The translations under genes and the position numbers were made by a program. Positions 38,201-50,000 of a DNA stretch of 64,000 bases are shown piece by piece. A model generated the notes under the pieces. That model had not been told where the DNA came from. It saw only the letters and a list, made by a program, of their open reading frames with translations, and searched no databases. The stretch spans positions 310,001-374,000 of the forward strand of contig JBLDXI010000045.1 of assembly GCA_047495785.1 (NCBI GenBank), in the 5' to 3' direction. Source of the stretch: Lepidodermella squamata. Lineage: Eukaryota; Animalia; Gastrotricha. Each line of letters starts with the position of its first letter. Positions within the stretch are counted from its first letter, which is position 1.

Positions 38201-41200
38201 ATTCCGCCTGAATGAGACGCGCTCGAGCCAGCTGTAACAGTTACGGCGCTGATAGCCGAAGCCGAAATAGCGTTGGAGCCCGAATTCGCGTTCGCATCGC
38301 CGAAAAGTTCGCCATCAGGTTCATCTAATGAAGACCCACTGAAAGCCATTTCAAGACCACGGTGAACAAGCCGGATATTTCGAAGCCACGGCTGAAGAAC
38401 TTGGCACAAAATCTTCTTCTGCGCGGTTCTAGCCGATAAAATTCGATGGGTGATCTCAGAGAAAACTGACATGGTAAGCCTCGGACATAACATCGCTAGA
38501 CGTTCAGTAACAACACTACGAGACTGAGACATGGGTGAGTTCAACACTAAATCCAACCACAAACTACTTTCGCCGCCAGTATGGGGGAAAGTAGGCGTCG
38601 CAGATGTGCTGTTTGATGACAAGCTCGAGGGTGAAGCTGACATTGGAACGATTCGACCTTGCAATCGATCGAGAAGTTTAGCCGCTCGAAGATGGACGGA
38701 TGCGCGGGATGATGATAGATTAGCCAAGGCGAGGCACAGAAAGGCAACCGGGTCACTCGCCCCGGGCCAGTCCGGTCTCGCAGCGACGGCCGCAAAACAA
38801 GTTTCCGCCAAATCAGGCTGGCCTGCGTAGCAACGATCAAACAGCCAATCCATCATAGCGATTTTATCTTGATTGAAATCAAGCATCAATAGAATTGCTT
38901 CGAACGCGGCCTTCGCAAAACCATTCTCAGACGGCGGGCTTCTCAACAATTTTTCTAGCCAAATGTAAAACGGAGCTGTTGTTGTGTAGTCGTCGAGTAA
39001 CGACGGCCGCCAGCATGGCCCGCAACTCACGAGTAGGCACAACGCGTAAACAGCTGCTGTTCTCAATTCAGATGGGATCAGTTGCGAAGAAATCGACAAA
39101 TTCTGCGACTCTTTCAAACTCGGGCTCAAATCCTCGGCCCAACGACACAGCAGGTCGTAAATCACTGATTTCAGCTTGACAGGTATCAAATCTTCACGAT
39201 ATGCCTCTACAGTTTGGTCGATGATCGACGTTATCAATTCGGCGTAACGAAGACGGCAGGCCGAGGCGATATCCGGGTCGCTCGAGTCCATTTCATTCGA
39301 ATTCAATAACGCAGCATAGGATGATAGCAAATCCGTTAAGGAGGGTGGTAACTGGTGATGATTCAACGCATTCATATCTGACTGGTTTGAAATCGAAATT
39401 GAAAGCGGCGATTGGCTGTCGACGTGAGAAAACACGCCGGCGCGAGACAGATGCCATAGCGTTGTCAAAACTAATAGCCGGGTTGAATCACGTCGTTTTC
39501 TACGTTTCGGATTCTCCTGTTTTCTTTCGAGAGCCTCGCGAGCTATTGGAATGATCTCTTCCAACAAATCTCGAACAGCAACAGGGCAAGCACAGCCTAG
39601 CGCGTTCGCAACAGCTAACCGAACTTCGCTAACCTCAGATTTCAACAAAGGGACGACAAGCCTGAGAAAAGCTGAGACTGTTACCGAAGTCGGGGTAAGT
39701 GATACCGTTCCCATATAAACTGAGGAGGTTGTGCTCTGTTGGTTATTGCTAGTCGAGCTCGAACCATCTTGGCTTGAACTAGACGGAACTTCGTTCACAA
39801 TTTGATAATCGGAAGACGTGACTACCCCAGACGGTGGCATTACACATGCGGCCGCTGTTAGGTAGTACAGCCATAACCTGTTGAGAGAATCGCGGTCTGA
39901 CGCACTGACTGGTACGGCGGGTCTTCGGCTCGATGACCGGCTCAAAATCGAGGTTGTCTTCTCAGCGCTAGCTTGTAACCCCGTATCGATAGCCAAAGCC
40001 AGTTGGGCTAGTCGGGTATAGACGCTGTTCCAAAGAACTGGTCTCAAATCAGGACACATCGAGTAGACGAAATTCGGCGATAGTAAGGTGGATAAGGCGA
40101 TGAACCAAGGATCGTCGGCTAGAATGTTCAGAGCATCGGCGGCTGAATCCGGATCGACAACTGAGGTTGTCATTGAGCTTGACAAGGCAGAGCTGGGTAA
40201 GGTGCTTGCGTTGTTACCGCCTAAACTAGTCCTCTGCGGGTTACCGGTTTGTTGCGGCGCGGTTTTCTCGGCTAGGGTCGACCAAGTTAATTCAGCCAGA
40301 TTTTGGCTATTGATGACTTGGAGGGGTAACATCGGCGACTGGCGAGATCGTAACGACCCGGACCCGCCGCCTGAAAATGACGTCGATAAATACGAATTAG
40401 CCGCAGCCGCTGCTCGGTTCGTCGCGATTCTCAATTTTTCGACAACAGTAGGCCACGCCCGGTCCAATGCATCGGCTAAATAAATAACAGGCGGCGATCC
40501 TGAGACTGGAGGTCGCAGGGCCATAGCCATACTCCTGACTTCTCTCAGTAACAAAATTGCAAAACGCCGATTAAACGGGCTAGACTGGCATAACACCACC
40601 AAGCAAAACGCCTCGACGGCTCGAAAAGCTGGCAAAACGTCGGGCAGTGGCGTTTGAGGGGTGTTTTTGTCGTTCTGAGCCGGAGCTGGGGCGGATTTCC
40701 AATGCTGCAATAACTGCAGTAAATTCCGCCGGACAGCTTGGTCCATGAGTTCAGGCGGAACACTACCATCGGGAATTTCACGCTCAATAACTTTAATATA
40801 CCCTGAAATTATCTCGACTCGCCATTGCGGGAAGTCGTCGAGTAATAACTGCATAGCTTGTAATGCAAATTGGCTGATTTCCCGATCCATGTGCAATGTT
40901 AGCCGAGATAACAGATCGATCAGTTCGGAAATCGGCATTGTTGGGGGTAAAATTCTTGGAATCGAAGCTAGGCATGTGCAGAACAGAGCAAGTTTCGGCT
41001 TTCGATCACCCGCTGACAACAAATTAGCAGCTTCTTCTTGAGATAAATTCCAATTATCTGGCTTTGAGAGCATAAATGGACGACCGATTTGAGCATCAAG
41101 CAAGCGGAGAATCGCTTCGAAAGCGGAAATTATTTGGTCATAATAAGGGTCCAATCCAAACTTGCGAGCATCCTCCGCTGTGAAGTTCTTGGTCAGCATG

Positions 41201-42865
41201 TTCTTCTTAGGCCGAATCTGTGGTCCCGAAGGCAAAGCCGTAGTATACGGCATCGGAGGCTCGGCCTCTTTTTGCTGCCTGCTGTCAGAAATAAGCAGGA
41301 ACGCACGAATGCCGATGTTCATCCGTTCAGGTGTGAGAATTTTAATCGGTTTTCCAACACAAAGCAGGTCGAAAACGATTTCCCGCATTGCGAAATCAAG
41401 ACGCTCGTGAGCTACAAATTGAATGATCCGAGCAAAAATTCCAACAGCCATATCACGAGGAACTACGACCTTAGCTCCTTTTGGGAACAAACTGTTGACA
41501 ACGGCTTGCATTCGAGTGAGCGTTACAGCGTTGCTTTCGCATCTTAGTCTTACAGTATACACCCAGGCGAGGCGGTAAATCGATTCTAGGGCATGTCTGG
41601 ATACGTTTGTATCTCGAGTCTTCAATTGTTGTAAGCAAAGGGCAAGAAACGGAGGCCAATGCTGAGAAGATAAAACAGTAAAATTGTATGGTCAGATATG
41701 CCTGATTCAAATTACCTGAAGAAAAAACGTTTTCTGACTCACAGCCAATAAACATGTAACAAGTTGATACATTTGCCACGCATACTTTCGTCTAGCAGCC
41801 ATGTCAATAGCCACAGGGTAGAGATAACTGACAAAGTCTCGCAAAACAGGAACGTTTACTTCGTTTTTGACGCTGGCAGCAAATGGTAGCAACATGCTTT
41901 TTAGCAAACCAGCAAGAGCGAGTTTGATTTCCTTTTCCTTGCTTTCGACTAGCATTTCTGCAAGTTCACGGAGAAATTGGCAGCAGGCCTCCAGCTCTTC
42001 GATAGGATGTGTTCGAATCCGCACGTACTGCATGCCAAGAAGTAGAGCAACGACGGCGTCAGTTGCCATAGGGCTTTGAGAGGGTGCGGAATCATTGGGT
42101 CTTATTTCGCGAAGAACGGTGAAAAATTTTCGTCGAACAAGCTGGAATCGAGATTGGGCAATAACAGCTATCAGTTCAGCGTACAAACTGGCCACGTAAG
42201 CCATGTTGTCTCGCAACGGCCCGACAATTGAGCTGGAGTAACACAACAGTAAAATGCCGTTTTTTCAATAATTCATAAATACCTATCGATATGCTCGAAG
42301 TGTCGAAAAGCCTGTGAGATGACTGTTTGCAGCAAGTCATCTGTTCCAGGATGGTAAGACAATTGTTTCAAGATTTCGATCATTGCCAAACAATAAATAA
42401 AATCGGCAACAAACTGCAAAACCCAATTTTTGTAAATATATCAACCATTCGAAAGAAAATTACTTCACGACGTTCGACTTCAGGGGTCTTGGATCGAACG
42501 GTTTTGCCTGCCTTGAAAGCAGGCGTGGTAGCCTGTTGAATCGTGAATCCAACAGCATCCACGTACCACGCTTGAATTGCTCTGACTAAAGATGGCAATG
42601 AGAATTCGGCACATACACCAAGAGCTGTAATGATTTGATCAAAATCAGGATCTACGCTCCGGATGAACCTCTCGCTCAAACGCTGATTCTAATAAATCCA
42701 AAAAAATTATTTACAACAACAATCAAATAATTGAAAAAAACTAACATCTTCTCTTCGCTCAGCAAGCTTTATGTTGGCTCTTTGGATGAAGTTTCCAAGT
42801 AGCTCGACAGCGGCTATCTCGCCAAGACGGATTGGAGATGGCTCCTTTGCGTCTGATGATGCCAT
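29265..42865 (-). CDS. fry: Protein furry homolog (FRY/Tao3/MOR2 family)
   Basis: Multi-exon gene from ATG 42865 to last exon 29773..29265. Conserved blocks DPDFDQII...FSLPSL, VKNEVNVPVLRDFV, ALESIYRLAWVY, ERLDFAMREIVFDLL, PERMNIGIRAFL, LQPWLRNIRL, LPGRTLEFDFD. The donor near 34930 is uncertain. Confidence 0.93.
31712..32035 (+). mobile_element. Tyrosine-recombinase (Crypton-like) fragment in the last furry intron
   Basis: NAIRPGALTIMRMVEF...YHIHV...FYG...LTHYVYEIRP matches the pattern of eukaryotic YR elements. The C-terminal catalytic part is not visible. Confidence 0.55.
34193..34425 (+). mobile_element. Ginger2/KRBA2-like integrase C-terminal fragment
   Basis: LQVGDYCLLPIARPDRSNSSARNLFVKVVEV...VRLGYPQGRL, with an internal stop. 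Confidence 0.6.
34448..34790 (+). mobile_element. Non-LTR retrotransposon AP-endonuclease fragment
   Basis: FGLKQLVKEPTRASGGILDQVFTD...SDYNPV...RKVWIYEKANW matches the end of a LINE endonuclease domain. Confidence 0.8.
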
Positions 42866-45678
42866 TATATTAATTGGAATGCATGCTAAAAACATAAATG
42901 CGACAACTATTAACCAATCGCCGGTGCCGAACGATGCAACGGCAAAGTCTCGACCGTCATTCAACTTTTCTACTTCTGACAATTTTTAACAGTTTCATCT
43001 AATTCAACGACCTTATAGTAATAAACAGAAGTGCTGCCATGAGCTGTGGCATAGAACTGTTGCTTATAAACATTAAACATTATTGAACAATTTATCAATA
43101 TTAGGAACAGTGTATCTTCCAAAAGAACCAGATTGAGGAAATCTCTAAAAACTCAATAAATTCGCCTCTTCTTGGCGTTGACGCAATTCAGCGATCTACA
43201 CAATTTTACTTGCCAGTCATTTTTCGAAGTCACGCGCAATTTCGAAACAACAATGTATTTCTGTCGACGCTGCAACTTGCTTGCTACCGGTAAGTCTTGA
43301 AATACTAAACTACAACTAATGTGGTTATGGTTGAAATGTGCAATGTTCAGTTTTCAATTTTCAATGTTAATTTTACAAATTGTGAGAAAATGTATATGTC
43401 TGGGGCATATTCAATAAAACGTTCATTCATTCATTGCTGCCGGTAAGATTTGCGACAATTGCAACGTCGTAAGTCGAACCCAAAGCCGCAGGTAAGCTAT
43501 CTAAGGTAAGCCTTATTTAAAAATTCTTATAACTGTTCTCACGATACATTTCTCAGGAATTTCATGGACGATAAAGACCAGAAATCCATTTCCATCATTA
43601 AAAAGCTGTGGAACTCCTGCCAGGTCATAATCTGCTATTTTCGTGATTTACAAAGCATCCTCCGTTTTTTTGCTAACTACCGCATCGAAGTGTCACAGTC
43701 CAAGTGATGAAGACAAGCGACTGAGAAGGCGGATCATAATGCTAAGCTAATAAAGTGTGACCTCATCACAGCCAGCAGGCACGGCGTTAGCGGCAACGTT
43801 TTGCAGCAAAACACACGACTCGCAGACATCTTCACAGATGACCCGCTGCATGGCAACGTTGTTGAATCGCTGAAACGCTGCCGTAAAAATCCAACTGCGT
43901 ATCAAGACGGTTCGCATGACCTTGCAAAAATTTGCTCTGCTCAATGGGACAAGCTGTCCGAAGCCTTGTCTTCACAGTACACGACGCTTTCGGCAACTAT
44001 TCAGAGGCTTACAGGAGTGAGTTCGCACGCCGACCGACGACGAATGGGTAACCCAAACGACAAATCCACGCGGCATACGACCAATAGCGTTTCTAATGTG
44101 TTAGCAAGCTCAACCGGAAAACGGAAGCAACGGATTTCAAGTCCATCATCAGCATCATCCAAACGACAGGCAGAAATAGTCACCTATTGCCGGTAATCGC
44201 AGCATTACTCATATTTTGATAATACTATGAATCAGTCAGTTGCATCAACCAAGGAAACTGCAGATAAGTCAGAGGTAATCTCGTTTCTCGTTTCTCGTAA
44301 TTTTTTTCCTCAATTCCTTGGCTCACCACAATTTTGATTTGACAGAGAGTCAACGATGCAGATTCACAATCCGTTTTTCAGGTTAACAAGGAGGTAAAAA
44401 GGTGCAAAAATTAACATTTTTGCCTATTAACAATTTTCATGTACAATGAAGCATCTAAAGCTGTACTTTGCCCGAACGCGCTACCTGCGCAGCCTTCAGC
44501 ATCTTCATCGACTGCATTCCCAGTGGCGAGCGGGATGCCCGAGGTTTCAAACCAGCTGTTTCCGGTCGTATCTGAACGTCAATTCGAGCAGACAGAAATT
44601 CGTCAAGTTGTTGTCAGTGTGCTACCAAGCGGGGGATGGAGGGTCGTCTACAATCCGAACGACGAAGTGCAGGAAGCGATTCGTCTTTGCATCTTTGAGT
44701 GCAAAAATCGCAGTGTTAATATAAATAATTTAGCGTCCATTTTAGCGACGAATTTGTGCAGCAGATTTAAATTCATGATTCTGATCTACCGTTCGCACCA
44801 CTGAACGAGTGCTGCATGCCGTGGGGGTATCCCGGAATACTTACCCGAGAAACTAAAAAAGACTGATAATATTGTCAAAGTTCACTTTTAGAATCAATGA
44901 ATCTGGTCTAACTCAACTTCTACTCTCTTGCCCTGCCCTTCACACGTTGAATAAAAAGTCGATAGCTGTGGGCTGTGATGCAACAGGGCCAAAAGGCCAA
45001 AAAAGACCAAACAAGGCCAAACAGGGGCAATGGCCGAAACCGCGCAACTTCTCGGCTGGTCCAATTCACTCTCCACAGCTTCTTTAGCAACACGCACTTC
45101 GTCACTCTTCCCTCACATAAAGACGCGCGCATTTGGTCAGCTGACATTGCAAAATTATTAAAATAAAATTTATAAATAAGATTTTTAAAGTTAAACTGTA
45201 TATTCAAAAATAAAGTTGAGGAAAGTGCGCCGATTAATTTTCAAAAATTTCAGCCGATTTCAGCCGATTTCAGCCGATGCGATGCGCAGTAAACCGCCGA
45301 GTTTCCGCGACCATCTCGCCGCCGATTTTGAACTCGACCTATCGCACCAAGATTGGGCTTACACGACTGAAGGCTGACCTCGTGCTCTCGCGCTGCAATA
45401 CATTATTGACTTAACTTTTGCAACGTTGTTCTCAGTCAGAACTCCTTAAACAACTTATCATGCATTTTCCGAATTTCGACCGCTGTTTATCAGTTGACGC
45501 TTATTCAAATTTTCGCCTGTTTTTTGATCCCTTGAGTAGCATCGTAGATCAAAGGTGCCGACAATGTTTGCCATGAATATACCGACACCCGCATTTGTTA
45601 CTTCCCTGAAATTCATGTTCGTTTTATATAGTTCAGTTGCCATTCTTGAGATAGAATAGAAAATTTAAAGTTGGCTAA

Positions 45679-47004
45679 ATGGCAATCGTTGGAAGGCGAG
45701 TAGTTATTACTGGAATGGGGACGGTTTCCCCGTTGGGATGCACGTTATCCTCGTTCTGGACCAAGTTACTTTCAGGCGAATGTGGCATCGTCAGCCTAGT
45801 CGAGCCTAGCTATGAGGGCCTGCCTTCCCGAGTGGCAGGAAAAGTTGACGAGAAAGCACTTGGTCTCAAATCTGCAGATTTTAATAAAAATTCGCGTGCT
45901 TCAGTATTTGCCCTAGATGCTGCAGAGCAAGCATTGATAGATGCAAACTTCTCTCCTCAGAATCTTAATGACACATCTAACATTGGGGTGATGCTTGGCG
46001 TGGGAATGGTTGATCTCGCTGACGTCTATAATCAGTGGGATTTGTATTCAAAGAAGGGCTACAATAAGGTTTCGCCATGGTTTATTCCTAAGGTATTGCC
46101 CAATCATGCCGCCGGAGTTTTGGCTTTAAAATACAAAATAAACGGCCTCGTGCACTGCATTTCAACTGCTTGTGCTACCGGCGCTCATGCTATTGGAGAT
46201 GCCTTTCGTCTCATCAAATCCGGTGAAATCGATGCCGTTCTGGTTGGAGCAACTGACTCGAGTGTAAACCCGTTGACCGTGGCAGGATTCAGCCGTATGC
46301 GCGCTTTGTCAACCGAATGTAACGACAATCCTACCAAGGCGTCTTGCCCCTTCGACGCGAAGCGCCATGGCTTTGTGCTATCGGAGGGGGCAGCTGTAAT
46401 GCTACTGGAGTCTGAAAGTCATGCTTTGTCTAGAAAAGCTCCTAAAATATATGCTGAAGTAGTTGGGTACGGCTTCAGCTCGGATGCACATCACATATCT
46501 GCCCCACCCCCAGATGGCAAAGGAGCTATAACAGCTATGAAGAATGCGATGAAAATGGCAAGTATCAATCATGAAAGCGTTGGCTATTTATCGGCTCATG
46601 CAACCAGCACACCACTGGGTGACGCTGCCGAAGCAGCTGCAATTTGCTCAACATTTCCTACTTCATTACCTTACGTTTCCTCTATGAAGGGGGCAGTTGG
46701 TATGTAAAAACGATTTGTACTGTGACAAATATTAAGTTCAGTTTCGCCAGGTCACTTGTTAGGAGCTGCAGGCGCAATAGAATCTGTTGCTTCCGTTCTT
46801 GCCATACACCATCAAAAGATACCTGGAACAACCGGGTTGAAAACTGTAGATACCAATCTCCCGGGTAAATTTGTTGAGAGGCTGCTCGTGCATGGCGCGG
46901 TTAAAGACTTCCCCAAAGGTTCGGATGGCCGTAGAATAGCGTTGAAAAACTCATTCGGTTTTTATGGAGCCAACGCTTCTGTCTGTTTTGCTGAATATCG
47001 ATGA
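45679..47004 (+). CDS. OXSM: 3-oxoacyl-[ACP] synthase, mitochondrial type (FabF-like)
   Basis: Exons 45679..46699 and 46751..47004. Motifs RRVVITGMG, TACATG (catalytic Cys), AHATST, GHLLGAAG, NSFGFYG. Confidence 0.95.
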
Positions 47005-47066
47005 AATTTTAAATTAATTTGTATCCTTGAATATGGTTAATAGGGGCTTTAAATTTCTGAATTGGG

Positions 47067-50000
47067 ATGGATTCTTCCGAGGCGCCTCAGGGAGACGCCG
47101 AAACAAGTGCTCAACAAAATGATCAAATGGAAGTTTCGACTCATTCATTGCCAGAGACAAAAGAAAGCGGCCGCGTTTCGGCAACTGGGAAAGTCACGGG
47201 CCGCTCTTCTTACCTTCCTCCTACTGTATCTGAATACAATCGAGGTGACGTCGTCTGGGCTCATGTTCCTTGCTACCCGTGGTGGCCGGCGATTATTGCT
47301 GAGGACCCGAAAGACGGTCAATTTGCTCAAATGATGCCTTCCAAAGGCGGAAAACATCAAGGGATGATTCAACATTATCATGTGTTGTTCTTCGGTCCTT
47401 CGCCCGAGCATAACTGGGTTAGCATCCGCCACTTGATGCCGTACACAACACGCGCTGATTACGAGAAGTACTATGAAGACTTGAAACAGCGAGCAGCTAA
47501 GAGTTCATCCGAGAAAAAATTCTTTCAATCAATCAAAATCAAGCCTAATCAGCTGCCGCACTGGGAGACGGCGATTCGTGAAGCTGACGAGGCTATCGAT
47601 GAGCCATCAGTGGATGACCGATTAGAGCAATGGATCACCGCGTTTTTCGACAAGGCAGAGCGTCGAGCTGCTTCGAAAACTCCGAAAAAGCCGGCAAATC
47701 CTGAAGAAGGCGGCGATGCAGCTGCTAAATCTGCGGCTAAACGCAAGCGCCAAACTGTTTCGCCGAAGAAAAAGGCTGAAGAGGAAGCGGTTGAAGAATC
47801 ACCGCCAGAGCCCGTGAAAAACGAACCGTTGCCTGTCGCAGCTCCAGCTGTACCACCAAAGCCATTCAAACGGCCGAAAAAGAAGACGCCGTTACCACCG
47901 AGCAGTGTAGCTGATGAAGATTTGATTGCCATGGCCCAGTTGCCTGTTGATCCTTTGCCGGAAAATGACCCGGAAACTCAGCCAGAGGGGGCTTTCCACG
48001 CTTTCACTCAGCTTCATCTGCGATCAGTTGCGACGAGGTACCCAACCCAGAGCTACGGTCAATTGAAGACCTTACTCTACAACATTTGGACGAAAATGAC
48101 GTTGAACGAGAAGCGGAAGTGTTTGATGTCTCCATCCGAAAAACCAGTTGAGCCAGAGAAACCAACGAAGGGCAAGAAGGATAAAGAGAAGGAAAAGGAG
48201 ATTGTTGTCGTGGACGAACTCGAAGCCGGTAAGCCACCTCTACCTGCTCCTTTACCACCCCCAGTCGAAGAATACAAGGAGAATTTGGGAAATTATCAGC
48301 TTGAAAGTAATTTGAAAACTCTGAAAAATTAAACCTAGCTAATCAAGATTTTTAGTTTATCGCTTGACAAACATTTGGGCTCTTCGGAACCAGCCAGTTT
48401 GCGGTGTTTGCGAGAAGCCTGGCGCTGAATTGGCGCCCGAAAATACCAATGGAACATCCGGCCCGCTAGGTTCTCCTCCTCCCCCGCCGAATCCGAATGC
48501 CCAAGACGATGATTTCGTCCCATGCACTGGTCAGTGTTGCCGTCATTTCCACAAACGCTGCCTGGTTAAAATGTACGAATTCTTCGGATTGCCGGCATTC
48601 GCTCCCGCAGCTAATACTGTAGTTTTTGCCTTCTGAATTCCTGATTTTATTTAATTCAATATTTGATTTCCAGGCGATAATGTGTGCTGAATGTAATTCT
48701 GGTCGAAGGACTTGTTTCTCATGCAAAAAACAGGATTTGTCTCAAAACACGGAGAACAGTGCCGATGAAATGACCGAAGAAGATAAACAGGTCATCATGT
48801 GTTCAGTCAAAGGTTGCGGCAGATACTACCATCGAATCTGCGCTAACAAAATGCGACTATCCCGGTTCGAAAACAACACATTCACCTGCCCTCAGCACGC
48901 GTGTGCGACTTGCGCTGCTGCTGTTGAAGATCCCACCAGTGCCGAATCGTCTAGGAATGGGAAAATGTTCCGCTGTGTTCGATGCCCCGCCGCTTATCAC
49001 GTCGGCGATTTTTGCATCGCCGCTGGTACCCAAGTTCTCGGATTAGGGCCGAATATTGTCTGCGGCGATCATTTAGAACCAACCGCGGCTTTGGCGATGC
49101 TATCATCCGGCAATGTTGCCGCTAGAACTGCGGCTGTTTCTAAGCCGATGAATGTTACGTGGTGCTTCACCTGCGGGAAATCAGGCCCGCATGCCGATGA
49201 CAAGCAGGAACAACAGGCTGAATCGAACCAGGCGCCCGATCAGCCGCAGAGACCGCCGGAGAAGCCATTGATTTGCTGCGCGTCATGCCCGGCCGCCTAT
49301 CACAGACGCTGCCTACCAGCCGCCCAGGCCGCGTCGTCAGACCAGCGTTTCACCTGTGTCGATTGCAACGCTGGCAAACGGCCGTTATACGGCGACATTG
49401 TCTGGGTCAAAATCGGCCATTATCGCTGGTGGCCGTGCGAGATTTACCACCCGGAAAATCTGCCGCCTAATATTCGGAAAATTAAACACGGCACCGGTGA
49501 ATTTGCTGTGCGGTTTTTCGGAACTGGCGAGTTTTTCTGGATCGGCCGAGGGCGTTGTTTCCATTTTCAACACGGCGACACGTCTTCCGCTCCTACCAGT
49601 GGCCACGGCGGTCTGGCTCGGTCGTACAACATTTCGATCGTTGAGGCTACTACGGCCTTCGAAGAATGGACGCGTTTTAAGGAGCGTCAAATGGGAACTC
49701 AGCGAGAGCGAGCAAACTGCAAACCGGTTCCATTCAAATACATTAAGGTGGGTATTTCTTGTTGTTTGGGTTAAGGCTAACTTTTTGTCCTGCAACTTTC
49801 GATTTTGAGCTAATTTCTGAAATTACAGAATTTGACAAAAAGTTAAGCAGGATTTTTCTTCGAAAGGCCGAATTATGACATTTGGCTCAAATTATGTTTA
49901 TTAGCTCAGCTCTGAATGGGGTCGGCGTGATTTAGAAAATTTCTGCGAGTTTTACTTATAGCGGCATTTTTTGTAAATTAATTCGCTTACAACTTTAGAA

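Noticed and set aside
34935-42079. Numerous + strand ORFs overlapping furry exons
   Set aside because: Antisense shadow ORFs of GC-balanced coding sequence, with no motifs.
43270-45100. Fragmentary + strand ORFs between furry and OXSM
   Set aside because: Stops and frameshifts with no recognisable domain. Probably decayed element sequence, but I cannot support a call.
45249-45278. Three copies of the 10-mer ttcagccgat
   Set aside because: A simple short tandem repeat with no further support for function.
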